A stretch of 64,000 bases of DNA from an uncultured Gammaproteobacteria bacterium (lineage in GTDB: Bacteria > Patescibacteriota > Patescibacteriia > UBA9934): contig CAYVLY010000001.1 in NCBI GenBank assembly GCA_964452565.1, forward strand, positions 14,638-78,637, in the 5' to 3' direction. The notes under the pieces were generated by a model that was not told where the DNA came from, did not search any database, and saw only the letters and a program-made list of their open reading frames with translations. Shown in pieces: positions 28,982-37,356 of this stretch. Each line of letters opens with the position of its first letter. Positions within the stretch are counted from its first letter, which is position 1. A program made the position numbers and the translations under genes.

Positions 28982-30334
28982 ATGTCTAAAACAAAAAAAT
29001 CACTAGCGCATGTTGTAGCCGTAAACATGGGATATGGTCATGAACGACCAGCGCACTCACTTCGCCACTTGGCAACAAGAGGTAAAGTTGTGATTGCAAA
29101 TGACTATAATGGAATCCCAGAGGCCGATCAAAAGTTGTGGGAGGATGGTCGTAAGTTGTACGAAAAGATTTCTAGATTTAAGAAAGTTCCGATTCTTGGA
29201 AAAGTTGTTTTTGGAATCATGGATGAGTTACAAAAGATCCCTGAGTTTTATCCGAGACGTGATCTTTCAAAGTCGTCTCTTCAGGTGTGGCAATTTTATC
29301 AATTGATCCGACGTAAGCATTGGATGAAACATTTGATTGATGAGCTTGCAAAAAATCCAAAGCCATTAATCTGCACATTCATGACACCAGCATTTGCGGC
29401 AGAAGAGCATGGATACCCAGGTGAGATTTTTGTACTAGCAACAGATGCAGACATTTCCAGAGCTTGGGCTCCATTACACCCAAAGAAGTCACGTATTAAA
29501 TACCTGGCTCCAACTGGTCGCGTGCAGGAGCGCCTTAAGTTATATGGGGTTCCAGAGGAGAATATCGAACTAACTGGATTTCCACTTCCGATTAGTGCAG
29601 TTGGTGGTCCAGAGCCAAGGGCGATTTATAAAGATCTCGCCCGACGTATTTGCCACCTAGATCCAAAGGGTATATTTCTTCCAAGAGCATCAAAGACATT
29701 AGAGGCTCACATGGGGGTGAAGTTTTGCCCGTCATTGAAAAAGAAGAATGGAAAAGCGATTTCGCTTGCATTTTTAGTAGGGGGAGCTGGTGCACAGCGT
29801 GAGATCGGAGCTACAATAGCGCATAGTCTTAGACGTGAGATTAAGCAGGGTAAGATCAAGTTTACTCTTGTAGCTGGAACTAGACCTGAAGTAGCACAGT
29901 ATTTTGAAGACGCTATTCGAAAAGCTGGATTATCAAAAGAGCGGAAGAAGCAGCAGATCGATGTGCTTTATGAGACAGATCGTCAAAAGTATTTCACTGA
30001 GTTTGAAAAGCAGATTCGATTATTTGATATTATGTGGACTAAGCCGTCTGAAATCTCATTCTATACCGGATTAGGAATTCCGATCATCATGGCCCCAACC
30101 GTTGGGTCGCAAGAGGACTTTAATCGCCAGTGGATTGTGCAGATGGCAGGAGGTATGGAACAGTTTGATCCAAAGTATGCAAATGAATGGCTGTTTGACT
30201 GGATCAACTCCGGGGCACTAGCGCGTATGGCGTGGAATGGATACATTGAAGCACCAACACATGGAGCCTATCGAATTGAAGACGTTGTTGCGGGAAGGCC
30301 AAATACAATTCATGATTTACCGTTGGTGGTTTAG
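28982..30334 (+). CDS. GT-B fold glycosyltransferase-like protein
   Basis: MGYGH.R.A, TD, TGFP, GGAG, TKPSE, GSQE..N motifs reminiscent of MGDG-synthase-like enzymes. Confidence 0.6.
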   Translation: MSKTKKSLAHVVAVNMGYGHERPAHSLRHLATRGKVVIANDYNGIPEADQKLWEDGRKLYEKISRFKKVPILGKVVFGIMDELQKIPEFYPRRDLSKSSLQVWQFYQLIRRKHWMKHLIDELAKNPKPLICTFMTPAFAAEEHGYPGEIFVLATDADISRAWAPLHPKKSRIKYLAPTGRVQERLKLYGVPEENIELTGFPLPISAVGGPEPRAIYKDLARRICHLDPKGIFLPRASKTLEAHMGVKFCPSLKKKNGKAISLAFLVGGAGAQREIGATIAHSLRREIKQGKIKFTLVAGTRPEVAQYFEDAIRKAGLSKERKKQQIDVLYETDRQKYFTEFEKQIRLFDIMWTKPSEISFYTGLGIPIIMAPTVGSQEDFNRQWIVQMAGGMEQFDPKYANEWLFDWINSGALARMAWNGYIEAPTHGAYRIEDVVAGRPNTIHDLPLVV

Positions 30335-30539
30335 CAGCCGAAGGTCCTGAGCGACTGAAGGGAGTCGAAGGGAATACAGAACCCAGAATGCAGATAAAAC
30401 CGGTTAAAAAACCGGTTTTTTTGTTTAATCTGTTGACATTTTTGCTAATGTTTGGTTAAATCACCTGTTCCCACAAACCTTCGTGAGAGGGGCGTGAGTG
30501 GGATTGTACAACCCCAGCCCCCCGAAAGGAGGAGGGACT

Positions 30540-31352
30540 ATGAGAATCATCAGGAAGAGAATGCCCGAAGACTGGGCGCCCGACATTCCGGAATGGATGG
30601 ACCGTGACGATGCGCTCGAGCTCTACTGGCAGGCAGCGCTCAGGCACATGGCTTCGACGATGTTGAAGGTCTTCGCCCTCGGCGTGCTGGCCCCCATCGC
30701 TCTGCTGGTCATGCTCTGGCTCGGCTACAAGGGGATCGAGTGGAACTACAGCCTGTACTCGCTCGATCCGGTCGAGGTCTGCAGTGATGCGGACATGGAG
30801 CTCTGGCGTCACTTCGACCAGGACGGCAAGCGCACCGTGGCATGCATCATGGGTATCAAGCTTGATGACTTCGAGGACGACGTCTACGAGCACGATCTCT
30901 ATTTCTACAGCCAGGCCAAGTCCGACTTCTGGCCCTGGCCTGCGGAAGAGCTCTACTCCGAGAGCTTCGTGGTGCTCGAGACTGGAGAGCAGACCGATAA
31001 GTACCTCGAAGGAGAAGACATCGATCAGTTCATGGCTATGTGTTCAATCGGCGGTGGCGAGCTCATCGCTCGCAGTGGCGGGCAGTTGGAGATCGATGCC
31101 AAGATACTGGAGGGCACCCTCTCGGTCGAGGGCATCCAGCTCCACACCCGTGCTATGACCTGGTGCGAGAGTACCGGCGCCGGCGTTTTCTTCTACAGCG
31201 CTGATGCCCTGCGTCCGATCTGGGTGTGTGAGGGTGACGAGCCTGAGGAGGGTGAGTCGGACGAGCGCGAGTGCGACTGGAAGGTGACGGGCGACGACAA
31301 CAACGCTCAGCATCGCACGGTCGTCTCCGAAGATACGACCAGCGAATCCTAG
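30540..31352 (+). CDS. hypothetical single-TM acidic protein (GC-rich cassette 5)
   Basis: AAAGGAGGAGGG SD before ATG 30540; TTGACA at 30433; 3' hairpin at 31381-31412. Confidence 0.75.
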   Translation: MRIIRKRMPEDWAPDIPEWMDRDDALELYWQAALRHMASTMLKVFALGVLAPIALLVMLWLGYKGIEWNYSLYSLDPVEVCSDADMELWRHFDQDGKRTVACIMGIKLDDFEDDVYEHDLYFYSQAKSDFWPWPAEELYSESFVVLETGEQTDKYLEGEDIDQFMAMCSIGGGELIARSGGQLEIDAKILEGTLSVEGIQLHTRAMTWCESTGAGVFFYSADALRPIWVCEGDEPEEGESDERECDWKVTGDDNNAQHRTVVSEDTTSES

Positions 31353-31449
31353 CTGCAGGGCTAGAGGATGTCTACAACAGACACCGCCAAGGGAAGCTCC
31401 CTGTGGCGGTGTTCGTGCTTTTTGGCTAATACTTGATTTATTTGGCGAT

Positions 31450-32194
31450 TAATGTAAAACTAATGCGTCGAATCCGGAACTCAAACCGGCGACTAGCGGA
31501 TCCAGAGGATCGCATGGGAAATAGCAAGTCCGGACGCATGCCGGCCCACAAGGCACTCATCGAGGGTCTTGACTACTTCATCGGCTGCGGTGGTATCGGT
31601 GAACCCCACAAACACGGCCAGCTCGAAAGGAGCAAGGGTGAGGATTGCGAGGTTCGCGAGGTCAACCATCTCGACGTGCTCGAGCCCTGGGTCAGGTATG
31701 TGATCCTGCCCAACGGCAAGGGTGAGGCACGCGGCATCGCTGAGCAAATCATTGGTCGTCTCGGTGAGCTGCATGAGATGGCGCTCTCCGAGGTATCCAA
31801 GAGCTTGATCTCGGGCATGATCCAGTCCCTGCAGGCCGACTACCTCAAGTCCGACAGCGACGCCGATGGGCACAGCGACAGCCACGTAGGTGAGGATCAC
31901 CTCGGGCCTGGCGAGTGCTCGCCTGGCATGGGGCAGGCTGCTGCGGCCATGATCGAGGACGAGCTCGAGCGGCAGGGCTGAGCGGCCTCGATCAGCGCGC
32001 AAGCGCACTACTACGTACACATCCCCGGTTATCGCGACCGGGGATTGAAGCTTTTTACAGAATGCAGAACCCAGAAGACAGAACCCAGATTGGAGTTTGC
32101 GGGTTCTGGTGTCTGGCGTCTGGGTTCTGTTATGCTTGACTTATGATCCGGCTAATGTAAAACTAACACGTCGAATCCGGAACTCAAACCGGCG
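31450..32194 (+). repeat. 42-bp direct repeat of promoter/leader (31450-31491, 32153-32194)
   Basis: taatgtaaaactaaYRcgtcgaatccggaactcaaaccggcg, two mismatches. Confidence 0.9.
31514..31981 (+). CDS. hypothetical protein (cassette 6)
   Basis: AGAGGA before ATG 31514; GC-rich third positions. Confidence 0.7.
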   Translation: MGNSKSGRMPAHKALIEGLDYFIGCGGIGEPHKHGQLERSKGEDCEVREVNHLDVLEPWVRYVILPNGKGEARGIAEQIIGRLGELHEMALSEVSKSLISGMIQSLQADYLKSDSDADGHSDSHVGEDHLGPGECSPGMGQAAAAMIEDELERQG

Positions 32195-32782
32195 GCAGGA
32201 AATTCATGAAGTGGCAAATAGGAGGAGAAAGCATGGAATTTCAAGGTGGGCATTGGGATGTCACAGTTCTGTTAAAGGGACTGAGCGAGAGTGACGGCTT
32301 GGTGGGAATAGATCCGCGTATCGATACCTGTACAGGTCCCGAAGCCGGTACGTTGGAGGTAGTATGTTGCCTCTTGGGAACAGAACGCATTCCCAGGGAT
32401 CAGCTGTTGGGGTCAGTTCCGATTATGGTCCACTATCTTGAGCGTCTTATTGATGTGGCGATTGCAGAGAGAACCAAGTTGAAGCTTCTGCAAGAGATCC
32501 ACATCCTGCGTGATCAATGCGCACGGGCAGGCTTGGTGATTCTCACTGGGATCATCGATGACACTTTGAACTCTCTCAAGCTCAAGATCGCGGGTTGTGG
32601 TGAGGTCCGTTGCCATCGACATCGCAGAGGCCTTGGCTGATACACCCTGCGCGCACTACTACGTACACATCCCCGGTCATCGCGACCGGGGATTGAAGCT
32701 TTTTACAGAATGCAGAACCCAGAAGACAGAACCCAGATTGGAGTTTGCGGGTTCTGGAGTCTGACGTCTGGGTTCTGTTATG
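32003..32782 (+). repeat. 132-bp direct repeat of 3' UTR, hairpin and heptamer array (32003-32134, 32651-32782)
   Basis: Direct alignment shows three mismatches. Confidence 0.95.
32233..32640 (+). CDS. hypothetical protein (cassette 7)
   Basis: AGGAGGAG SD before ATG 32233. Confidence 0.65.
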   Translation: MEFQGGHWDVTVLLKGLSESDGLVGIDPRIDTCTGPEAGTLEVVCCLLGTERIPRDQLLGSVPIMVHYLERLIDVAIAERTKLKLLQEIHILRDQCARAGLVILTGIIDDTLNSLKLKIAGCGEVRCHRHRRGLG

Positions 32783-32798
32783 ATAAAATGCACAAGCT

Positions 32799-34895
32799 AT
32801 GAGCGAGTTTGTTTTATCCCCAAAACCAACAAAAGACCTAAAAATCGACTATGCAAATGATCTGAATGATCAGCAGTTTGATGTTGTACAGCAGGGTGAC
32901 GGCCCTGTTTTAGTGTTAGCAGGCGCTGGATCGGGTAAGACTCGCACTATTACTTATCGAGTGGCATGGCTCCTTGAACACGGTGTACAGCCAAACAATA
33001 TTTTGCTTTTGACATTTACAAATAAAGCAGCTCGAGAAATGATTTCACGCGTTGAAGGCTTGCTGGGCGACTCAGCTCAGGGTCTGTGGGCTGGAACATT
33101 TCACTCAGTAGCAAATCGACTACTTCGAAAGTACGCACCGAAATTAGGGTTTGAATCTAACTTTTCGATATTGGATCAAGAAGACTCGCGCGACCTTATC
33201 TCTTTGTGTGTTAAAGAGCTCAAGATCGATACAAAAGCTAAACGATTTCCATCAGCTAGAGTTTTGCAGGAGATCTTATCGTATTCTAGAAACTCGGGTA
33301 TATCGATTCCTGAAATGGTTGAGACGCGTCGACCGCATTTTGTAGCGCTTGTAAATGACATTACAGCTGTTGCCGATGCATACGAAGCTTACAAAAAGGT
33401 AAATAACTCAATGGACTTTGATGATCTGCTTTTGAAACTCTTGATGTTATTGGAAATCGATCCACAGGTCCGCGAGCGTTTAGCATCACAATTCCAATAC
33501 GTTTTAGTCGACGAGTTTCAAGATACCAATCATATCCAAGCGCGGATTGTGCAATGGCTTTCAAGCGTACATAGGAATATCTTTGTTGTTGGAGACGATG
33601 CACAGAGCATTTATTCGTTCCGCGCGGCTGATATTCAGAACATTTTGCAATTTCCAAACTCGTTTCATGATACAAAAACTTTTCATCTGACTCGTAATTA
33701 TCGATCAACTCCGCAGATTTTGGATATTGCAAACGATGTTATCGCATACAACACAAAACAGTTTGAGAAAAACCTCGAAGCAATGGCTGAGAGTGGTGAG
33801 GCTCCGCAGTTTGTTCCAGCCAATAGTCAAGGTCAGGAGGCGCATTATATTGTTGATCAAATATCAAAATTGCAACTACGAGGTGAATCACCAACTGAGA
33901 TCGCAGTTTTGTTCCGTGCTGCGTTTCACTCGCAGGCTTTGGAGTTCGAACTTATGCGGCGGGACATTTCTTATGAGTACCGCGGTGGTTTGAAGTTTTT
34001 CGAGCGCGCACATGTTAAGGATGCTATTGCTCATCTTAGATTGATTCACAATACAAAGGATGTATCTGCTTGGATGCGAGCTCTTAGGATTCATCCAGGG
34101 ATTGGAATGGTAACAGCGCAAAAGATTGCTCAGGCTGCATCAGAAGTTGATTATATTGACACAGTTTTCGAAATCATGCCTGTGAAAGGTGCAAAAGCTC
34201 TCCAAGGTTGGCAGTTATTTTTGAATTTATTGCGCGAGTTGCGATCGTCACTTCAAACTCCAGCTGATTATATTCGAGCACTTGCAGGATCAGGCACCTA
34301 TAAGGACTATTTAGAACATGAGTATCCAAATGCACCAGAGCGCTTGGATGATCTAGAGCAGTTCATCACCTTTGCAGAGCAGTATACTGATCTTCAAAGT
34401 TTTCTTGATGATGTGGCGCTTACACAAGAGTATGGTCAAGACGATGATCAGGATGTTTCAGATCGAATTATTTTATCAACCGTGCATCAGGCAAAGGGCC
34501 TTGAGTGGAACCATGTCTTTGTGATCAATGTCGCAGAAGGTGCTTTTCCGCATAAGAACTGCTCGTCTGATGAGGAGATCGAAGAGGAGCGTCGATTGTT
34601 CTATGTAGCTATAACACGTGCACGCAGCCAATTATATCTGACTTATCCAATGACAAGTGGTAGAGGCTATGACTATCAGCAGCATTCGATGTTTATTGAT
34701 GAAATCGAGGATAATCGATTAGATCGAGTTCAGCTTAAGACTTCTGGGCTTCGATTCAGCCAAGGCTTGAAGCAAAGATCAAACTCTGACAAGATGTACG
34801 ATGAACCTACAATTGTTCTTAGTGATGATGGGGAGGTTATAAGTCGGCCAAAACCAGCGTCATTTTTAAAAGATGTAGATGATTTGGGATGGTGA
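32799..34895 (+). CDS. pcrA: UvrD/PcrA family DNA helicase
   Basis: AGAGSGKT, TFTNKAA, VDEFQDTN, GDDAQSIY, NYRS, AKGLEW, EERRLFYVAITRA. Confidence 0.95.
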   Translation: MSEFVLSPKPTKDLKIDYANDLNDQQFDVVQQGDGPVLVLAGAGSGKTRTITYRVAWLLEHGVQPNNILLLTFTNKAAREMISRVEGLLGDSAQGLWAGTFHSVANRLLRKYAPKLGFESNFSILDQEDSRDLISLCVKELKIDTKAKRFPSARVLQEILSYSRNSGISIPEMVETRRPHFVALVNDITAVADAYEAYKKVNNSMDFDDLLLKLLMLLEIDPQVRERLASQFQYVLVDEFQDTNHIQARIVQWLSSVHRNIFVVGDDAQSIYSFRAADIQNILQFPNSFHDTKTFHLTRNYRSTPQILDIANDVIAYNTKQFEKNLEAMAESGEAPQFVPANSQGQEAHYIVDQISKLQLRGESPTEIAVLFRAAFHSQALEFELMRRDISYEYRGGLKFFERAHVKDAIAHLRLIHNTKDVSAWMRALRIHPGIGMVTAQKIAQAASEVDYIDTVFEIMPVKGAKALQGWQLFLNLLRELRSSLQTPADYIRALAGSGTYKDYLEHEYPNAPERLDDLEQFITFAEQYTDLQSFLDDVALTQEYGQDDDQDVSDRIILSTVHQAKGLEWNHVFVINVAEGAFPHKNCSSDEEIEEERRLFYVAITRARSQLYLTYPMTSGRGYDYQQHSMFIDEIEDNRLDRVQLKTSGLRFSQGLKQRSNSDKMYDEPTIVLSDDGEVISRPKPASFLKDVDDLGW

Positions 34896-35340
34896 TAAAA
34901 AGTGATAAGAGGTGATGAAAGGTTAAAAAAGTGGTAAGAGGATAATATGACGAGATGGCAGCCATATCACAAGCTAGTAGCATACAAAGAGGCAGATGCA
35001 TTTTTGAAGAAAGTCTATGGGGCGACTGCATGTTTTCCAAAATCGGAAATGTATAATTTGACATCGCAGTTTAGAAGAGCAGCGCTGTCTGTCGTTTTGA
35101 ATATAGTAGAAGGTCAGGCAAGGGGTTCTAAGGCAGATATGAGAAGGTTCCTGTTTATATCCAGAGGTTCATTAGCTGAGTGCGCTTACCTACTAGAATT
35201 TTCTCGAGAAATAGGATATATAGATGCCAGTAAATACGAGGAGTTGGAGTCACAAAGGCGTAAAGCTGGATATCTTTTGCAAAGACTGGTTGATAGCCTC
35301 TAATCACTTCTGATCACTTCTAAAACCTCTTATCATTTTC
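34891..35340. repeat. inverted decamer arrays flanking the four-helix-bundle gene
   Basis: gtgataaaaa gtgataagag gtgatgaaag upstream; taatcacttc tgatcacttc...ttatcatt downstream. Confidence 0.7.
34947..35303 (+). CDS. four helix bundle protein (23S rRNA IVP family)
   Basis: FPKSEMYNLTSQFRRAALSVVLNIVEG..R...RFL.ISRGSLAE. Confidence 0.92.
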   Translation: MTRWQPYHKLVAYKEADAFLKKVYGATACFPKSEMYNLTSQFRRAALSVVLNIVEGQARGSKADMRRFLFISRGSLAECAYLLEFSREIGYIDASKYEELESQRRKAGYLLQRLVDSL

Positions 35341-35345
35341 ATAAC

Positions 35346-35924
35346 ATGAAATACGCGCAGCATAGGTCGAACATGAGGAAATCAAGTAGAAAAGTGCCAT
35401 GGAAGATCATTGGCGGAATTTTTGGTGGATTGATTGTCATCCTTATTCTGTTTATTGTTTTTTCAGGGGGCGAAAATACACAGGAGATAGATCAAGTGGT
35501 AGAAGTGGATGATTCAAACCAAGACTTAACAGTTGAAGTTATCCAATCAGATTCGTCAGATGATGCAAGTGTTGAGTATGAAGAGATTGAGTTAATTGTT
35601 GTAGATGGTTCGGGAAGCTCTGGGATTGCTCGTATAGGATACACTGGCGATTTGTTCACTCATGTTGTTGTAGCCTCTTTGCCAGGGATTGACACAGGGT
35701 TTTATTTTTATGAAGGTTGGTTGGTTAAGCCTGGCATTGTAGATTTCTTTTCAACAGGTGAAATGTTTCCACGCGAAGATGGTAAGTGGGGACTTGTTTG
35801 GGAGGTTGATGAATTAAATGCTCTGGATGATCTTGATGAATATACTCAAGTTGTTATTACTCTTGAGCCGCGAGACGATAATCCAGCACCTGCGGCACAT
35901 CATATACTTGAGGGGGAGTTCTAA
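35346..35924 (+). CDS. single-TM protein with RskA/anti-sigma-K C-terminal-like domain
   Basis: LP...YEGWL and VVITLEP...PA.HILEG. Confidence 0.6.
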   Translation: MKYAQHRSNMRKSSRKVPWKIIGGIFGGLIVILILFIVFSGGENTQEIDQVVEVDDSNQDLTVEVIQSDSSDDASVEYEEIELIVVDGSGSSGIARIGYTGDLFTHVVVASLPGIDTGFYFYEGWLVKPGIVDFFSTGEMFPREDGKWGLVWEVDELNALDDLDEYTQVVITLEPRDDNPAPAAHHILEGEF

Positions 35925-35927
35925 TTT

Positions 35928-37271
35928 ATGAAAATCGCAATCATCGGAACCGGCTATGCCGGATTAGTTACAGGAGCATGTCTTGCATCGCGCGGACATG
36001 AGGTTGTTTGTGTTGATATTGATGAGAGTAAGATCAATGCGCTGAAGAATGGTGAGATACCAATCTACGAGCCAGGTCTCACAGAAATCGTGCAAGAGGG
36101 CATTGATCGAAATTTGCTAACATTCACTACTTTGGCTTCTGAAGCTATTCCAGGGGTTCAGGTTGTGTTTTTGGCAGTAGGAACTCCGCCAGCTGACGAT
36201 GGTTCTGCAGATCTAAAGTATGTATTTCAGGCAGTTGAGGATATTGCACCATATTTATCAGAATCATGCGTGGTTGTTAGTAAAAGTACTGTGCCAGTTG
36301 GTACAAATGCGAAAATCAAGGATAGGATTCTCATACTCCGTCATCCTGAACGCAGTGAAGGATCTACTCGAGTAGATTCTTCGGCAGTGCCTCAGAATGA
36401 CAGTGGCGATATTTTTGTAGCATCAAACCCTGAGTTTTTGCGCGAAGGTAAGGCAATAGATGATTTTATGAAGCCTGATCGTATTGTGTTGGGTGTTGAC
36501 TCACCGCAGGCGACAGCTGTTCTAAAAGAGGTTTATAAGGATTTTGACTGTCCGATCTTGGACGTCTCAATCGAATCAGCTGAGATGATCAAGTACGCAT
36601 CAAATGCATTTTTGGCTGCAAAGATTTCATTTATTAACGAGATTGCCAATATTTGTGAAGGAGTTGGAGCAGATGTGAAGGATGTGGCGCGTGGGATGGG
36701 GTCAGACCCAAGAATCGGACCTGCATTTTTAAATGCAGGAATTGGATATGGGGGTTCCTGTTTTCCCAAGGATGTGCGAGCGCTTGATCAGATCGCTGGT
36801 GTGAATGGCTACGATTTCAAGCTTTTAAAGTCAGTTATCCAAGTCAACAATGACCAGCGCTGGAGATTTTATAAAAAGGTAGAAAAGGTTTTAAAGGGGG
36901 TAGAGGGAAAAAAGATCGCAATTCTTGGCTTGGCATTCAAGGCAGGAACTGATGATATTCGTGAATCAATTGGAATTGACTTTGCTCAAAAGTTTATCGA
37001 AAATGGCGCGCGAGTTTCAGTTTACGATCCTCAAGCTATGGATAATGCTCGTGAGGTTCTTGAAAGAGTTGGGTTTTACGATTCGATCGAAGAAGCTGCT
37101 AAAGGATCAGATGCGATCGTAATTACCACTGAGTGGAATGAATTTAAAGACTTTGATTTTTCAAAAGTCGCGGATCAAGTTAGCCAAAAACTAGTATTTG
37201 ACGGCCGTAATATCTTGTCTAGAAAAAATATCGAGAATCAAGGATTTAGGTACTTTGGAATCGGTCGTTAG
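35928..37271 (+). CDS. ugd: UDP-glucose 6-dehydrogenase with in-frame palindromic insertion
   Basis: GTGYAG, KSTVPVGT, NPEFLREG, GYGGSCFPKD. Confidence 0.95.
   Translation: MKIAIIGTGYAGLVTGACLASRGHEVVCVDIDESKINALKNGEIPIYEPGLTEIVQEGIDRNLLTFTTLASEAIPGVQVVFLAVGTPPADDGSADLKYVFQAVEDIAPYLSESCVVVSKSTVPVGTNAKIKDRILILRHPERSEGSTRVDSSAVPQNDSGDIFVASNPEFLREGKAIDDFMKPDRIVLGVDSPQATAVLKEVYKDFDCPILDVSIESAEMIKYASNAFLAAKISFINEIANICEGVGADVKDVARGMGSDPRIGPAFLNAGIGYGGSCFPKDVRALDQIAGVNGYDFKLLKSVIQVNNDQRWRFYKKVEKVLKGVEGKKIAILGLAFKAGTDDIRESIGIDFAQKFIENGARVSVYDPQAMDNAREVLERVGFYDSIEEAAKGSDAIVITTEWNEFKDFDFSKVADQVSQKLVFDGRNILSRKNIENQGFRYFGIGR
36340..36401. repeat. REP-like palindrome pair inside ugd
   Basis: gtcatcctga...gaaggatctac-tcga-gtagattcttc...tcagaatgac. 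Confidence 0.85.
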
Positions 37272-37356
37272 AGTGTGGACAAGTTTCTTTAGAAAAACCA
37301 GCAAAAAACGTATAATAGTCACGTAAATTTAAATACATTTTTAATTAAATTGTTTT

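Noticed and set aside
30498-32640. Prophage or genomic island
   Set aside because: No integrase, structural or replication genes; each GC-rich gene has its own promoter and 3' hairpin with AT-rich spacers.
32003-32782. Possible CRISPR array or classical integron attC array
   Set aside because: Only two long repeats separated by a gene; no regular repeat-spacer pattern, no clear RYYYAAC/GTTRRRY attC ends, and no cas or intI gene in the window.
34947-35303. Avd-like gene suggesting a diversity-generating retroelement
   Set aside because: No reverse transcriptase nearby; the paralog repeats at 39001/41177 differ mostly at synonymous positions, with no adenine-specific pattern.
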